DNA of 64,000 nucleotides. Origin: Gammaproteobacteria bacterium (lineage in GTDB: Bacteria; Pseudomonadota; Gammaproteobacteria; Steroidobacterales; Steroidobacteraceae). The stretch is from contig PLET01000070.1 of the NCBI GenBank assembly GCA_003137095.1, forward strand, positions 585 to 64,584, given 5' to 3'. The position numbers and the translations under genes are program-made. Positions 1-8,879 of the stretch are shown piece after piece. Within the stretch, counting starts at the first letter, position 1, and each line of letters opens with the position of its first letter. The notes under the pieces are model-generated. The model had not been told where the DNA came from and did no database searches. It saw only the letters and a program-made list of their open reading frames with translations.

Positions 1-1208
1 AGGACCGGCGCAGCGCGCGCATTCCGAGGCTCGCCATACCGACACCGCCTGCGGGGGATTCCGGCGCCGTCCTCGAGGCGGCGCGCCTGCTGGTGAACGC
101 GGAGCATCCGCTCATCATCTGCGGCCGATCCGCGCGCACGCCGGCGGGCATCGATCTCGTGGTCGAGCTCGCCGAGACCCTGCAGGCACCGGTGCAGGAT
201 CGGCACTTCCGGATGAACTTCCCGACCCGCCACCCATTGGCCGGCGGCAGCATCGGCGAGGCCGACGTCATCCTGGCGCTCGAAGTGGGCGATCTGTGGA
301 TGGCAACCCATGCGCAGACGCCGGTGAACCGTTTGGGAATGGACTCGAAGCCGCTCACCAAGGCCGGCGCGAAGCTCATCAGCATTTTCTCCGGCGACCT
401 GTACGGCAAGAGCAACTATCAGGACTTCGGGCGCTACTGCGAGATCGATCTGTCGATCGCCGCGGATGCCGAGGCGACGCTGCCCGCGCTGATCGAGGCT
501 TGCAAACGCCTGCTCACGACGGGACGCCGCCAGTTGCTCAAGCAGCGAGGCGGCATGCTGGCGGACGCCGCGAAGCGCCGACGCGCGGCGGATCTGGAAC
601 TCGCAGCGGCCGGCTGGGACGCCTCGCCCATCAGCACGGCGCGCGTCACCCTGGAGTTGTGGAATCAGATCAAGCACGAGGATTGGTCGCTGGTCTCCGA
701 AACCTTTCCCTTCTTCAGCGGCTGGCCGCTGCGATTGTGGGACATGACCAAGGCCTATCATTATATCGGCGGCCACGGCGCCTATGGCATCGGCTACGGC
801 GCGCCCGCGGCCGTCGGCGCCGCGCTCGCCAATCGTAGGCATGGGCGCCTCACCGTCAACATCCAGTGCGACGGCGATTTGAACTATGCGCCGGCCGTGC
901 TGTGGACCGCGGCGCATCACCGCATCCCGATACTCAACATCATGCACAACAACCGGGCCTATCATCAGGAGCTCATGTTTCTCACCGATATGGCGGCGCG
1001 CGCGAATCGCGGCATCGACACCGCACGCATCGGCACCGGAATCGACGACCCCAACATCGATTATGCAACCCTCGCCAAGGCCTACGGCGTGTTCAGCATC
1101 GGACCGATCAGCGATCCGAAGGAATTGGCGCCCGCGATCAAGCGGGCGATCGAGGTCGTCAAGCGCGGTGAGCCGGCCCTGGTCGATGTGATCACCCAAC
1201 CTCGCTGA
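1..1208 (+). CDS. Thiamine-diphosphate-dependent enzyme (acetolactate synthase/benzoylformate decarboxylase superfamily); 5' end outside window
   Basis: Frame of listed ORF 93..1208 stays open back to nt 3 (..AVLEAARLLVNAEHPLIICG, central domain). C-terminal PP domain has ThDP/Mg motif 'CDGDLNY...IMHNN'. Confidence 0.85.
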   Translation, partial: DRRSARIPRLAIPTPPAGDSGAVLEAARLLVNAEHPLIICGRSARTPAGIDLVVELAETLQAPVQDRHFRMNFPTRHPLAGGSIGEADVILALEVGDLWMATHAQTPVNRLGMDSKPLTKAGAKLISIFSGDLYGKSNYQDFGRYCEIDLSIAADAEATLPALIEACKRLLTTGRRQLLKQRGGMLADAAKRRRAADLELAAAGWDASPISTARVTLELWNQIKHEDWSLVSETFPFFSGWPLRLWDMTKAYHYIGGHGAYGIGYGAPAAVGAALANRRHGRLTVNIQCDGDLNYAPAVLWTAAHHRIPILNIMHNNRAYHQELMFLTDMAARANRGIDTARIGTGIDDPNIDYATLAKAYGVFSIGPISDPKELAPAIKRAIEVVKRGEPALVDVITQPR

Positions 1209-1219
1209 CTGGGCGCGCC

Positions 1220-1579
1220 ATGCATCGATTCATCACACCGTTACTGCTGCCGCTGCTGATGCTCGTACCGGGCCTCGCCGGCTCCGAGGATCGGGCCGGT
1301 GATCCACAGGCGGGTCAGGTCCGCTTCATGCGGGTCGGTTGCTACGAATGCCATGGCACGGTGGGGCAGGGCGGCGCCGGCATGCGGCTCGTGCCGCTGC
1401 CGCTGCCCTGGATTGGATTTCAGATCTACGTGAGACGTCCCGGCGGACAGATGCCGGCCTACTCGGACAAGGTGCTCGGCGATGCCGACCTCGCCGACAT
1501 CTACGCCTATCTGAAATCCATTCCCGAAGGTCCGCGCGCCAAGGACATTGCGCTCATTGAGGATGCGGCGGATAAATAG
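1220..1579 (+). CDS. Small periplasmic c-type cytochrome
   Basis: Signal peptide MHRFITPLLLPLLMLVPGLAG, single haem motif CYECH, 'GGQMPAY' distal-Met region. 11-nt gap after the ThDP enzyme gene. Confidence 0.8.
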   Translation: MHRFITPLLLPLLMLVPGLAGSEDRAGDPQAGQVRFMRVGCYECHGTVGQGGAGMRLVPLPLPWIGFQIYVRRPGGQMPAYSDKVLGDADLADIYAYLKSIPEGPRAKDIALIEDAADK

Positions 1580-1582
1580 CGC

Positions 1583-1933
1583 ATGAAGCGCCGTTCGTAC
1601 TGGTTTGAATCCGCGGCGATCCTCGCAGCGCTCGCACTGCCGCCGTCATGCGCATCGGCGCAGGTGCCGCTGGCTCAGCTCAAAAGCGGCAAGGACGTGT
1701 ATGCGGCCGTCTGTTCCAGCTGTCATGACACCGGGCTTGCCGGTGCACCCAAGACCGGGGACAAGGCGGCCTGGGCGGGCCGGCTCGCGGAAGGGATGGG
1801 CCTGCTCTATCTGCACAGCCTCAAGGGCTACACCGGCAAGTCGGGGGTCATGCCCGCCCGCGGCGGGCGCGCGGATCTGCCGGTGGAACTCGTGAAACAG
1901 AGCGTGGATTACATGGTCTCGCGGTCGGACTGA
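1583..1933 (+). CDS. Cytochrome c5-family protein
   Basis: Signal peptide, haem motif CSSCH followed by 'GAPKTGD', 'GVMPARGG', C-terminal 'VDYMV'. 3-nt gap after previous gene. Paralogue of 54596..54934. Confidence 0.85.
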   Translation: MKRRSYWFESAAILAALALPPSCASAQVPLAQLKSGKDVYAAVCSSCHDTGLAGAPKTGDKAAWAGRLAEGMGLLYLHSLKGYTGKSGVMPARGGRADLPVELVKQSVDYMVSRSD

Positions 1934-1954
1934 CCGTCTTTAAGACCGTTCAGC

Positions 1955-1989
1955 CGGGCAACTCCCGACGACCTGCCGGGAGTTGCCCG
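1955..1989. terminator. Bidirectional hairpin between convergent genes
   Basis: Perfect 13-bp stem CGGGCAACTCCCG (1955-1967) / CGGGAGTTGCCCG (1977-1989) with a 9-nt loop. No clear U-tract. Confidence 0.45.
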
Positions 1990-2021
1990 CGCGGTTCACC
2001 GGCGCGCGGAGTCCGCGCCGA

Positions 2022-4319
2022 TCATGGATTCCCGACCTTCGCCGTGACCGTGATGCCGTAGGTGCGCGGCGGATTGAGCGTTCCGGTCACGATCCCATTG
2101 TTGGCGGTGCCCTGATAAATCGCGGCATTCCACACGATCTTGTCGGTGAAGTTGCGGCACCAGACGCTGACCGACCAGCGATCATTGCCGGGGGCATATC
2201 GCAGGAGCCAATCGCCCTGAACGTAGCTCGGGCGCTCGACGTCCTCGATGGTGCCGGGATCCGCGTCGGCCATCGGGGTCCTGCCGGCGAACTGGCCATT
2301 CAGCCTGAAGGACATGGTACCGTCGAACGCATGCCAATCATGTGAGTAGCCGGCGGTTCCGGCCCATCCCGGCACTGCACTGACCGGATCGCCTGAAAAG
2401 TCACCGACGGGCTGTCCGGTCGGGACGCCGAGCATGTTGACCGGCAGCGAGTTCTTGAAGATGGGTGGCAGCACGAAATCCACGTACTTGGCGTCGATGT
2501 ACTGCACCGACAGACTCAGGCGGTCGGCCTGCGTGACCGCCGCATTCACATCGAAACTCACACCCTTGAATCGGATGTGCCCGGTGCTGAAGCTGGTGAT
2601 GTCGCCGAAGGGCAGGAACGGCAGGAAGGCCGGCGGATAGGTCTGCTCGCTGCGCTCGGAACCATAGTACTCGTACTCGAACGCATCGAGGTTGACCTGC
2701 AGCCGCCGGTCGAGGAATTCGTTCTTGCTGCCGATGTCCCAGGCATGAATGGTTTCCGGGGGTACGTAGGGGTTGGCGCCATACTGGTAGTTGAACGCCC
2801 GGTAGCCGGTGGAATTGCTGATGTACAACAAATTGTCACGCGTCAGATCGTAGTTGATGCCGACCTTGTACGTGCCCTTCTCCGCGGTCTTGTTCAGATA
2901 GGGCCGGTAGATATTGCCGTTGGCCAGGGGGAACACGGCCTTCTCGAAATCGCTCGAGGTGACCTCATCGTTGTTGTAGCGGGCGCCCAGCACCACATGG
3001 ATCCGATCGTCATCCACCGCTGGGGTGTAGATCCCCTGTGCGAAGAGCGCGTAGGAGATCGAATCGTTGTTCGGTCCCTCGTTGAACACGCACAGCGGGC
3101 TGCTGTAAGTCGCCTGCACGCAGATCGGGCCGACGGTGGTTTCCTTGAACCCGTACACGCCGGTTACCCATTGCAGCGGTGTGGTGGACGTGGACGCCAG
3201 GCGGATCTCGGCTGAATAGCTGTTGGACTTTGCCGGAAAATCCTGGGTGCCGATCGCCCCGCCCACCAGCGGCGAAGGCGGCTCCAGGAACTCGGCATAG
3301 GCCTTCACCGAGCGATAGCCGGCTATCGCCGTGAGAGCGGCAAAATCCATATCGTAGTCGAACTGCAGTTTCGCGCCGTACAGCTCCGAGTTGTTGGTCG
3401 AATTGAGGCGTCCCTTCGGGTAGAGCACGGACGTGTCGCTGAAGGGGTCCGAGGGCACGGTGACGTTGGGCGCCGGTGCCACGCTGACCAAGCCGGCCGG
3501 CGTCGTGGTGACGGCCGGGCGCACGCCGAGCAACCCCAGGCCATTGCCGTGGTCGTTGCTGGTCTCGTAGTCGACGCTCCCCAACAGTCTCGCCTTGTCG
3601 CTGATATTGAGCAGGGCGGAGAAGCGCCCGCCATCCTCATGCGCATCGTTCAGCCCGTTGTTGAAATAGCCCTGATGTTGATATTCGCGACCCGCGAACC
3701 GCAGCGAGAGTGCGTCCGACACGGGAAGGTTCAGGGCGCCTTCGACACGGGATTCGCCGTAATTGCCGGCTTCGAATTCGCCGTAGGCGCCGAATTCCTT
3801 GCCTGGCAGATTCGTGATGACGTTGATGGCGCCGCCCGTGGCGTTGCGTCCGTACAAGGTGCCCTGCGGGCCGGCCAGCACTTCCATGCGCGTCACGTCG
3901 TAGAACATGCCCGTCAAACCCGTCATGCGGGCCAGATACACTCCGTCCAGGTTGATGGCAATCGGTGACTGGGTTGCCTGATCCAGGTTATAGGCGCGGA
4001 TGCCGTTGATCGCGACGACCGTCGCGCCGATGCCGCCGGTGGCGCCGCTATTGACGTTCACGTTGGGAGCAATTTTGTACAAGGTGCCGAAGTCTTCGAC
4101 ACCACTGTCCTTCAGCGCGGCGGCGCTGAATACCGCAATGTCGAGCGCGGTGTGCTGTACGGTGGATTCGCGCTTCTCCGCGGTGATCACGATCTCCTCG
4201 AGACCCTGGGCCTCGGAGGCTGCCGCCGCTTCGACGGCATTTGCGGTCCGGCTCGCAGCCAAGCCCGCACCGAGCAGGACGCCAATACAACAGGCAGTAC
4301 CTTTTGATACGAAGGACAT
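2022..4319 (-). CDS. TonB-dependent outer-membrane receptor
   Basis: Signal peptide, plug motifs 'LEEIVITAEKRES', 'RMEVLAGPQGTLYGRNATGGAINVIT', long beta-barrel region, C-terminal 'RTYGITVTAKV'. Start taken at ATG 4319 (MSFVSK..) behind GGGGAGGGGG rather than listed 4382. Confidence 0.9.
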   Translation of the reverse strand: MSFVSKGTACCIGVLLGAGLAASRTANAVEAAAASEAQGLEEIVITAEKRESTVQHTALDIAVFSAAALKDSGVEDFGTLYKIAPNVNVNSGATGGIGATVVAINGIRAYNLDQATQSPIAINLDGVYLARMTGLTGMFYDVTRMEVLAGPQGTLYGRNATGGAINVITNLPGKEFGAYGEFEAGNYGESRVEGALNLPVSDALSLRFAGREYQHQGYFNNGLNDAHEDGGRFSALLNISDKARLLGSVDYETSNDHGNGLGLLGVRPAVTTTPAGLVSVAPAPNVTVPSDPFSDTSVLYPKGRLNSTNNSELYGAKLQFDYDMDFAALTAIAGYRSVKAYAEFLEPPSPLVGGAIGTQDFPAKSNSYSAEIRLASTSTTPLQWVTGVYGFKETTVGPICVQATYSSPLCVFNEGPNNDSISYALFAQGIYTPAVDDDRIHVVLGARYNNDEVTSSDFEKAVFPLANGNIYRPYLNKTAEKGTYKVGINYDLTRDNLLYISNSTGYRAFNYQYGANPYVPPETIHAWDIGSKNEFLDRRLQVNLDAFEYEYYGSERSEQTYPPAFLPFLPFGDITSFSTGHIRFKGVSFDVNAAVTQADRLSLSVQYIDAKYVDFVLPPIFKNSLPVNMLGVPTGQPVGDFSGDPVSAVPGWAGTAGYSHDWHAFDGTMSFRLNGQFAGRTPMADADPGTIEDVERPSYVQGDWLLRYAPGNDRWSVSVWCRNFTDKIVWNAAIYQGTANNGIVTGTLNPPRTYGITVTAKVGNP

Positions 4320-4521
4320 AGACCCCCTCCCCTGAAAACGACGCTGCGTGTGGGTGGCGCGGCGCCAGTAGTTTTTCTTCAAACCAGCATGTCAGTCGGC
4401 ACGCCAGCGTGGTGCGCCGACCGTCACATTAGTTGGCGCCAAAACATTTCGCTTGTCAATACGTATCAGTATGGTCGACGGTACGACCGTGGCACTAACG
4501 CAACTCCGGCGAGCCCGGCGA

Positions 4522-4551
4522 TTGACAATTTTTTGGCATGCCGAATAACAT
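4522..4551 (+). promoter_or_regulatory. Possible sigma70-type promoter for the MFS gene
   Basis: TTGACA (4522-4527), 18-nt spacer, TAACAT (4546-4551). It overlaps the listed ATG 4538, which argues for the downstream start at 4598. Confidence 0.25.
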
Positions 4552-4597
4552 CCCAGAACAAGACACAAGCCGGCACAGGCCGTTCGCCAGGGGGAAT

Positions 4598-5815
4598 ATG
4601 GGCGCTGACACAGTTGCCGGCCGGCCCGGGTTCATGCACGGCCTCGTCATCGTTGCGCTCGCCTGGGTGGGGCCGGCAGCCGGCGTGGTCATCGCCCCGA
4701 TCCTACCCACGCTGGTGCAGGTGTTTCGCGCCGATCCGCACGTCGACGTCAAGATAGCGCTGGTGGCCACGGGTCCCGCGCTGCTGGTGGCGCTCAGCTC
4801 CCTGACCTATGGGTTCCTGCTTGACCATTTCGGCCGGCGCAGGATCCTGATCGCGGCGCTGATCTACTACGGCCTCGCCGGTACGGCGCCGTTCCTGCTC
4901 GATTCCCTCGATTGGATCGTGGCCACCCGCCTGGCGGTGGGGCTGGGTGAAGGCGCCGTGATCACGGCCGGTACGGCGCTCATCGCCGACTATTTCACGG
5001 GTGCCGAGCGTGAGCGCTGGATGGCCGCGCAGACCGGTGCGGCGCCGCTTGCCGCGGTGGGACTGGTAGTCCTGGGCGGCGCGCTCGGGGCCATCGACTG
5101 GCATGCGCCGTTTCTGATCTATACCGGCGGCTGGTTGCTGGTGCTGCCGGTGTTCATGCTGATATTCGAGCCGGCGGAAAGCGCGGCGCAGAGCGGCCAG
5201 GCCCCGGCGCCTCCGACGGATTTCAAGTGGACCCAGTCCATCTGGATCTCGATCGCACTGGCGCTGTCCATGCTGTGCTTCATGATACCCATCATCCAAT
5301 TCAGCTTTCTCGCCACCGAGCGCGGCATGACCTCGCCGAGTACCATCGGCCTGTTCTCCGCCCTGGTGACCCTGGGCAATCCCTTGGGTTCCCTGATCTT
5401 CGTGTTCCTGCCGTTTTTGTCGGCGCCACGCAAGCTCGTCATTGCCTATGTGCTGTTTGCGGCCGGGTTTCTGCTCATGGGCGCGGTGGCGACCACAGCG
5501 GCCGCCATCGTGGGCTCGCTGCTGGCCAACATCGGTGCCGGCATCATGTTCCCGGCACTCGCCACGTGGCTGCTGGCGACACTGCCGGCGACGGTTCGCG
5601 GCCGCGGCTCGGGGCTGTTCACCACGGCCACCTTCCTGGGCCAGTTTGCGAGCCCGCTGGTGATTCTGGGCTGCCAACGGCTCACGGGCAGCTTGAGCCA
5701 CGCGGTGTTCACCGTCGGCTGCGTGTGCGCAGTGGTGGCCGCGGTGGCGGGCTACCGTTCCTTCGGCACGCGGATCAGTCCGGCTGCAGCGGCGGCTGGC
5801 GCCAGGCGAGGATGA
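4598..5815 (+). CDS. MFS transporter (paralogue of 29572..30804)
   Basis: About 12 hydrophobic helices, 'LLDHFGRRRIL' loop 2-3 motif. Start chosen at ATG 4598 (MGADTVAGRPGF..) by alignment with the paralogue N-terminus (MAISSSREPGF..). Listed ORF starts at 4538. Confidence 0.8.
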   Translation: MGADTVAGRPGFMHGLVIVALAWVGPAAGVVIAPILPTLVQVFRADPHVDVKIALVATGPALLVALSSLTYGFLLDHFGRRRILIAALIYYGLAGTAPFLLDSLDWIVATRLAVGLGEGAVITAGTALIADYFTGAERERWMAAQTGAAPLAAVGLVVLGGALGAIDWHAPFLIYTGGWLLVLPVFMLIFEPAESAAQSGQAPAPPTDFKWTQSIWISIALALSMLCFMIPIIQFSFLATERGMTSPSTIGLFSALVTLGNPLGSLIFVFLPFLSAPRKLVIAYVLFAAGFLLMGAVATTAAAIVGSLLANIGAGIMFPALATWLLATLPATVRGRGSGLFTTATFLGQFASPLVILGCQRLTGSLSHAVFTVGCVCAVVAAVAGYRSFGTRISPAAAAAGARRG

Positions 5816-6995
5816 TGGCGCACAGGCTGCCGACGCAGACGATGGGCAGCAACCCTGTCAGCACTGCGGACGGCGAGCGGCCGGAACCCACCAGCAGACC
5901 ACCGAGCAGGGGTCCCACGATGGAACCGATGCGTCCCATGGCCACGGCAAAACCCACGCCGGTGCCGCGCATGCGGGTGGGATAGCACAGCGGCGCATAC
6001 GAATACAGGATGGCCTGCGCCGCCAGGACCGCGACGCCGAGCACGGCGGTTACCAGCGCGAGCAGCGCGGCCAATTTGGCCCCTTGAGCCAGCACCAGCA
6101 GCAACAGCGGCATGCCGACAAAAGCCAGAATCACGCCACGATGCCGCAGCCGCGTTTCCAGATGGCTGCCGATATACAGCGCCGACAAGAACCCCCCGAA
6201 ATTGAAGCCGAACATCGCGATGCCAACCTGGGATTTGCCGAAGCCGCTGCTCGCGAGCAGGGTGGGCAGCCAGTTGAGCAGCAGATACAACGTGAGCAGC
6301 GCCAGGAAAAAACTCACCCACAAGAGAAGTGTGCGGCCGGCCCGCCCCTCCTGCAGGAATTCGAACACGCCGCCGCCGCCGCGCGCGTCCGCCTGGCTCT
6401 TGAGCCGGCTGAAGGCCCGCGACTCCTGCAGCCAGATGCCGATGATGGGTGCAACGATGAGCGGCACCACCCCGCCGACGATGAAAATCCAGCTCCACTG
6501 CGTGGCCGTGGTGAACAGGCTCACCAGGCTGGCGATCGCGCCGCCCAAGGGCGTGCCCGAGTAAATCATGGCCACGCTGGCACTGCGCCGATTCAGCGGC
6601 GCATTCTCCGAACCCAGGGACACGAGATTCGGCAGGGCACCGCCCAACCCCAGGCCGGTCAACAGACGTGCCCAAGTCAGCGAGGCGATGTCCCAGGCCA
6701 GCGGCGTGGCCAGCGAGAACACCCCGAAAATCACGATGGACGCGACCAGCACGCCCTTGCGGCCGATGCGGTCCGCCAGGCGCCCGCCGATGATGGCGCC
6801 GATGAACAGACCGACGGTGCTGGCGCTGAAAAAATATGACAGCAACTGGCTGTCGGGGTGGAATTGTTGCCGTATCCCGGCGGCCGCCACGCCGGCGGTC
6901 TGCAGATCGATGCCCTCGCAAAGCGTGGCCAGGAAGCACAGCAGGATGGTCCGGCCGGCCCCGCCGCGCGCCGCCGCTGGTTGCGAATTCGTCAT
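5775..6995 (-). CDS. MFS transporter, aromatic-acid/H+ symporter-like (MhpT/PcaK-type)
   Basis: 'GGRLADRIGRKGVL', 'LLTGLGLGGALPN', 12 TM pattern. Start at ATG 6995 (MTNSQ..). 3' end overlaps the convergent MFS gene by 41 nt. Confidence 0.85.
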   Translation of the reverse strand: MTNSQPAAARGGAGRTILLCFLATLCEGIDLQTAGVAAAGIRQQFHPDSQLLSYFFSASTVGLFIGAIIGGRLADRIGRKGVLVASIVIFGVFSLATPLAWDIASLTWARLLTGLGLGGALPNLVSLGSENAPLNRRSASVAMIYSGTPLGGAIASLVSLFTTATQWSWIFIVGGVVPLIVAPIIGIWLQESRAFSRLKSQADARGGGGVFEFLQEGRAGRTLLLWVSFFLALLTLYLLLNWLPTLLASSGFGKSQVGIAMFGFNFGGFLSALYIGSHLETRLRHRGVILAFVGMPLLLLVLAQGAKLAALLALVTAVLGVAVLAAQAILYSYAPLCYPTRMRGTGVGFAVAMGRIGSIVGPLLGGLLVGSGRSPSAVLTGLLPIVCVGSLCAIILAWRQPPLQPD

Positions 6996-7046
6996 GCGCG
7001 CCAAGATTACGCGCAATGAGGTTATTCGGGTAGGTTGATCCCCGCC

Positions 7047-7062
7047 AATACGCAAGCGTATT
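7047..7062. promoter_or_regulatory. 16-bp palindrome (candidate operator) in divergent promoter region
   Basis: AATACGC-AA-GCGTATT, a perfect 7-bp inverted repeat. It abuts/overlaps a TTGACA hexamer (7061-7066) between the MFS (-) and SSS (+) genes. Confidence 0.3.
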
Positions 7063-7108
7063 GACAGTGGGTAATGCAGGGGTTAAACGATAGCTCGACA
7101 AACGGGGG

Positions 7109-8629
7109 TTGGCCTTGAAGCTCGGAATTCTCGTGGCGGTGCTGCTGTACCTGCTGGTGCTGGTCGTGGGCGTCGGCACGTGGCTCGCGCGGCGCGCCCG
7201 CGGGCGCGCCGCCGTTCAGGGCGAATTCGCGCTCGCCGGACGCAGTCTCTCGACGCTCGAAGTCGCCGCGACGCTGGCCTTCTCGGTACTCGGCACCGCC
7301 CATATTCTCGGCGTGTTCGAATTGTCCTGGACACTGGGTGCCGCCGCCGTCTGGTTCTCGCTGGCGCACGTCGTGCTGCTCGTCGTGGTCTGCCTGTCGA
7401 CCGGCCTGTGGGTGCGGCGCCTCGGGGTCTCCACGGTGCCGGAAATCCTGGAGCTGCTGTACGGCGAGAAAATGCGGGTGGTGGTGAGTTGCGTGATGGC
7501 CGGCGTGGTGACCGGCCTGCTCACCGTGGAAACCCAGGGTTTGGGCATCCTGATGGCCACCATGACCGGCTGGTCCCTGCACCAAGGCGCGGTGGCCGGT
7601 GGGCTCATCGGCATCCTCTATGTGATCGTCGCGGGGATGAAGGAGGTCGGCTATCTCAACGTGATCAACGCCACGGTGAAATACGGCGGGCTGATCCTCG
7701 CCACCCTGTTCCTCGCCGCGAGTCTGCCGGGCGGCAACTTCGAGAGCGTGCGCAGCTTCTACCTTCATCGCGGCGAACCGCAGATGCTGAGCATCTACGG
7801 CACGCCGCAGATCCTGCTGAGCTTTGCACTGGCGAGCATCATTGCGGTGCTGTTCAGCCAGGGCATCAGCCAGAATCTTCTGCAGCCGGCCATGGGTGCG
7901 CGCGACGAGGCCACCATCCGCCGAGCGCTGTGGATCGCGGCGCCGCTCAATGGCATGTTCGGGGTGTTCGCCGTGGTGATCGGCCTCACCGCGAGGTCCT
8001 TGCCCCAGTTCCAGGCGCTCGGCCCCAAGGTGGCGGCGACCAGCATGCTGGTCGCGCTGCTGCCGCCGTGGCTCGCGGCGCTGCTGCTCGCGTCCTTTCT
8101 CACGGCGGTGCTGTCCACCTTTGCCATGGCCTGCCTCGCGCCGGCGACGCTGTTCAGCGTCGACATCTTTCAGCGGCTGTACCGGCCGGACGCCACCGAG
8201 GCCGAGGTCAAACGCGCCACGCGCGTCGCGATCCTGGCGGTCGGCGGCAGCGCCATCGGCGTGGCCTCCGCGCTGCCGCCGATACTCGCCGCCGTGAACT
8301 GGCTGTTCTCGTGGCTGGTGCCGGTGTTCTGGGTGGTGGTCTTCGGGCTGTGCTGGAAGCGCAGCGCCGGGGTGGCCGCGCTCACCCTGGGATCCGCCTG
8401 GGTGGTCAACAGCGCCTGGTCCTTCACCTCGCTGCCCGCGCTGCTCGGCGTGTCGGCGCTGCCGAACGTGTACGTCACGCTGGCCGTGACGCTGGCGGTC
8501 AGCGTAGTGGGCAACGCCTGCTCGACGGGGAGCGAAGCGTACTTCAGCTCGGGCGCGTACCGCACGCGGCGCGCATCGATTTCGCTGCGCCTGCCGGAGA
8601 CCGTGCGGATGACTGCGAAGTCGGGCTGA
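7109..8629 (+). CDS. Sodium:solute symporter (SSS) family transporter
   Basis: About 13 TM helices. N-terminal 'LAGRSLSTLEVAATLAFSVLGTAHILG' is typical of the SSS family. Confidence 0.85.
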   Translation: MALKLGILVAVLLYLLVLVVGVGTWLARRARGRAAVQGEFALAGRSLSTLEVAATLAFSVLGTAHILGVFELSWTLGAAAVWFSLAHVVLLVVVCLSTGLWVRRLGVSTVPEILELLYGEKMRVVVSCVMAGVVTGLLTVETQGLGILMATMTGWSLHQGAVAGGLIGILYVIVAGMKEVGYLNVINATVKYGGLILATLFLAASLPGGNFESVRSFYLHRGEPQMLSIYGTPQILLSFALASIIAVLFSQGISQNLLQPAMGARDEATIRRALWIAAPLNGMFGVFAVVIGLTARSLPQFQALGPKVAATSMLVALLPPWLAALLLASFLTAVLSTFAMACLAPATLFSVDIFQRLYRPDATEAEVKRATRVAILAVGGSAIGVASALPPILAAVNWLFSWLVPVFWVVVFGLCWKRSAGVAALTLGSAWVVNSAWSFTSLPALLGVSALPNVYVTLAVTLAVSVVGNACSTGSEAYFSSGAYRTRRASISLRLPETVRMTAKSG

Positions 8630-8733
8630 TGTTCTGGCACATTTTCATTCAATCCTCGCTGTTCATCGCAGCCGGGACCCTGCTCGGCGGCCTGATCAAC
8701 TGGTTGACCCGCGGCCGGGGCCCGGGCGCCTGA
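8629..8733 (+). CDS. Hypothetical 34-aa single-TM miniprotein (not in ORF track as its own ORF)
   Basis: ATG 8629 overlaps the symporter stop (TGATG). MFWHIFIQSSLFIAAGTLLGGLINWLTRGRGPGA = TM helix plus basic tail. Confidence 0.45.
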   Translation: MFWHIFIQSSLFIAAGTLLGGLINWLTRGRGPGA

Positions 8734-8777
8734 CTCGGGAGCACCTCGTGCGGGACACCTTGGCAACTCAGATCTGG

Positions 8778-8879
8778 ATGGGCGGGGTCATGGCGATCAT
8801 GGCGATCTATGGCGCCATCGCATGGTTCGGTTTTCTCAGGCGGCGGCGGAGCAGGTCATCGCGGCGGGTCGGCCCATGA
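8778..8879 (+). CDS. Hypothetical 33-aa single-TM miniprotein (not in ORF track)
   Basis: MGGVMAIMAIYGAIAWFGFLRRRRSRSSRRVGP. Its stop overlaps the ADH start (ATGA at 8876-8879). GC-rich third positions. No clear SD. Confidence 0.3.
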   Translation: MGGVMAIMAIYGAIAWFGFLRRRRSRSSRRVGP

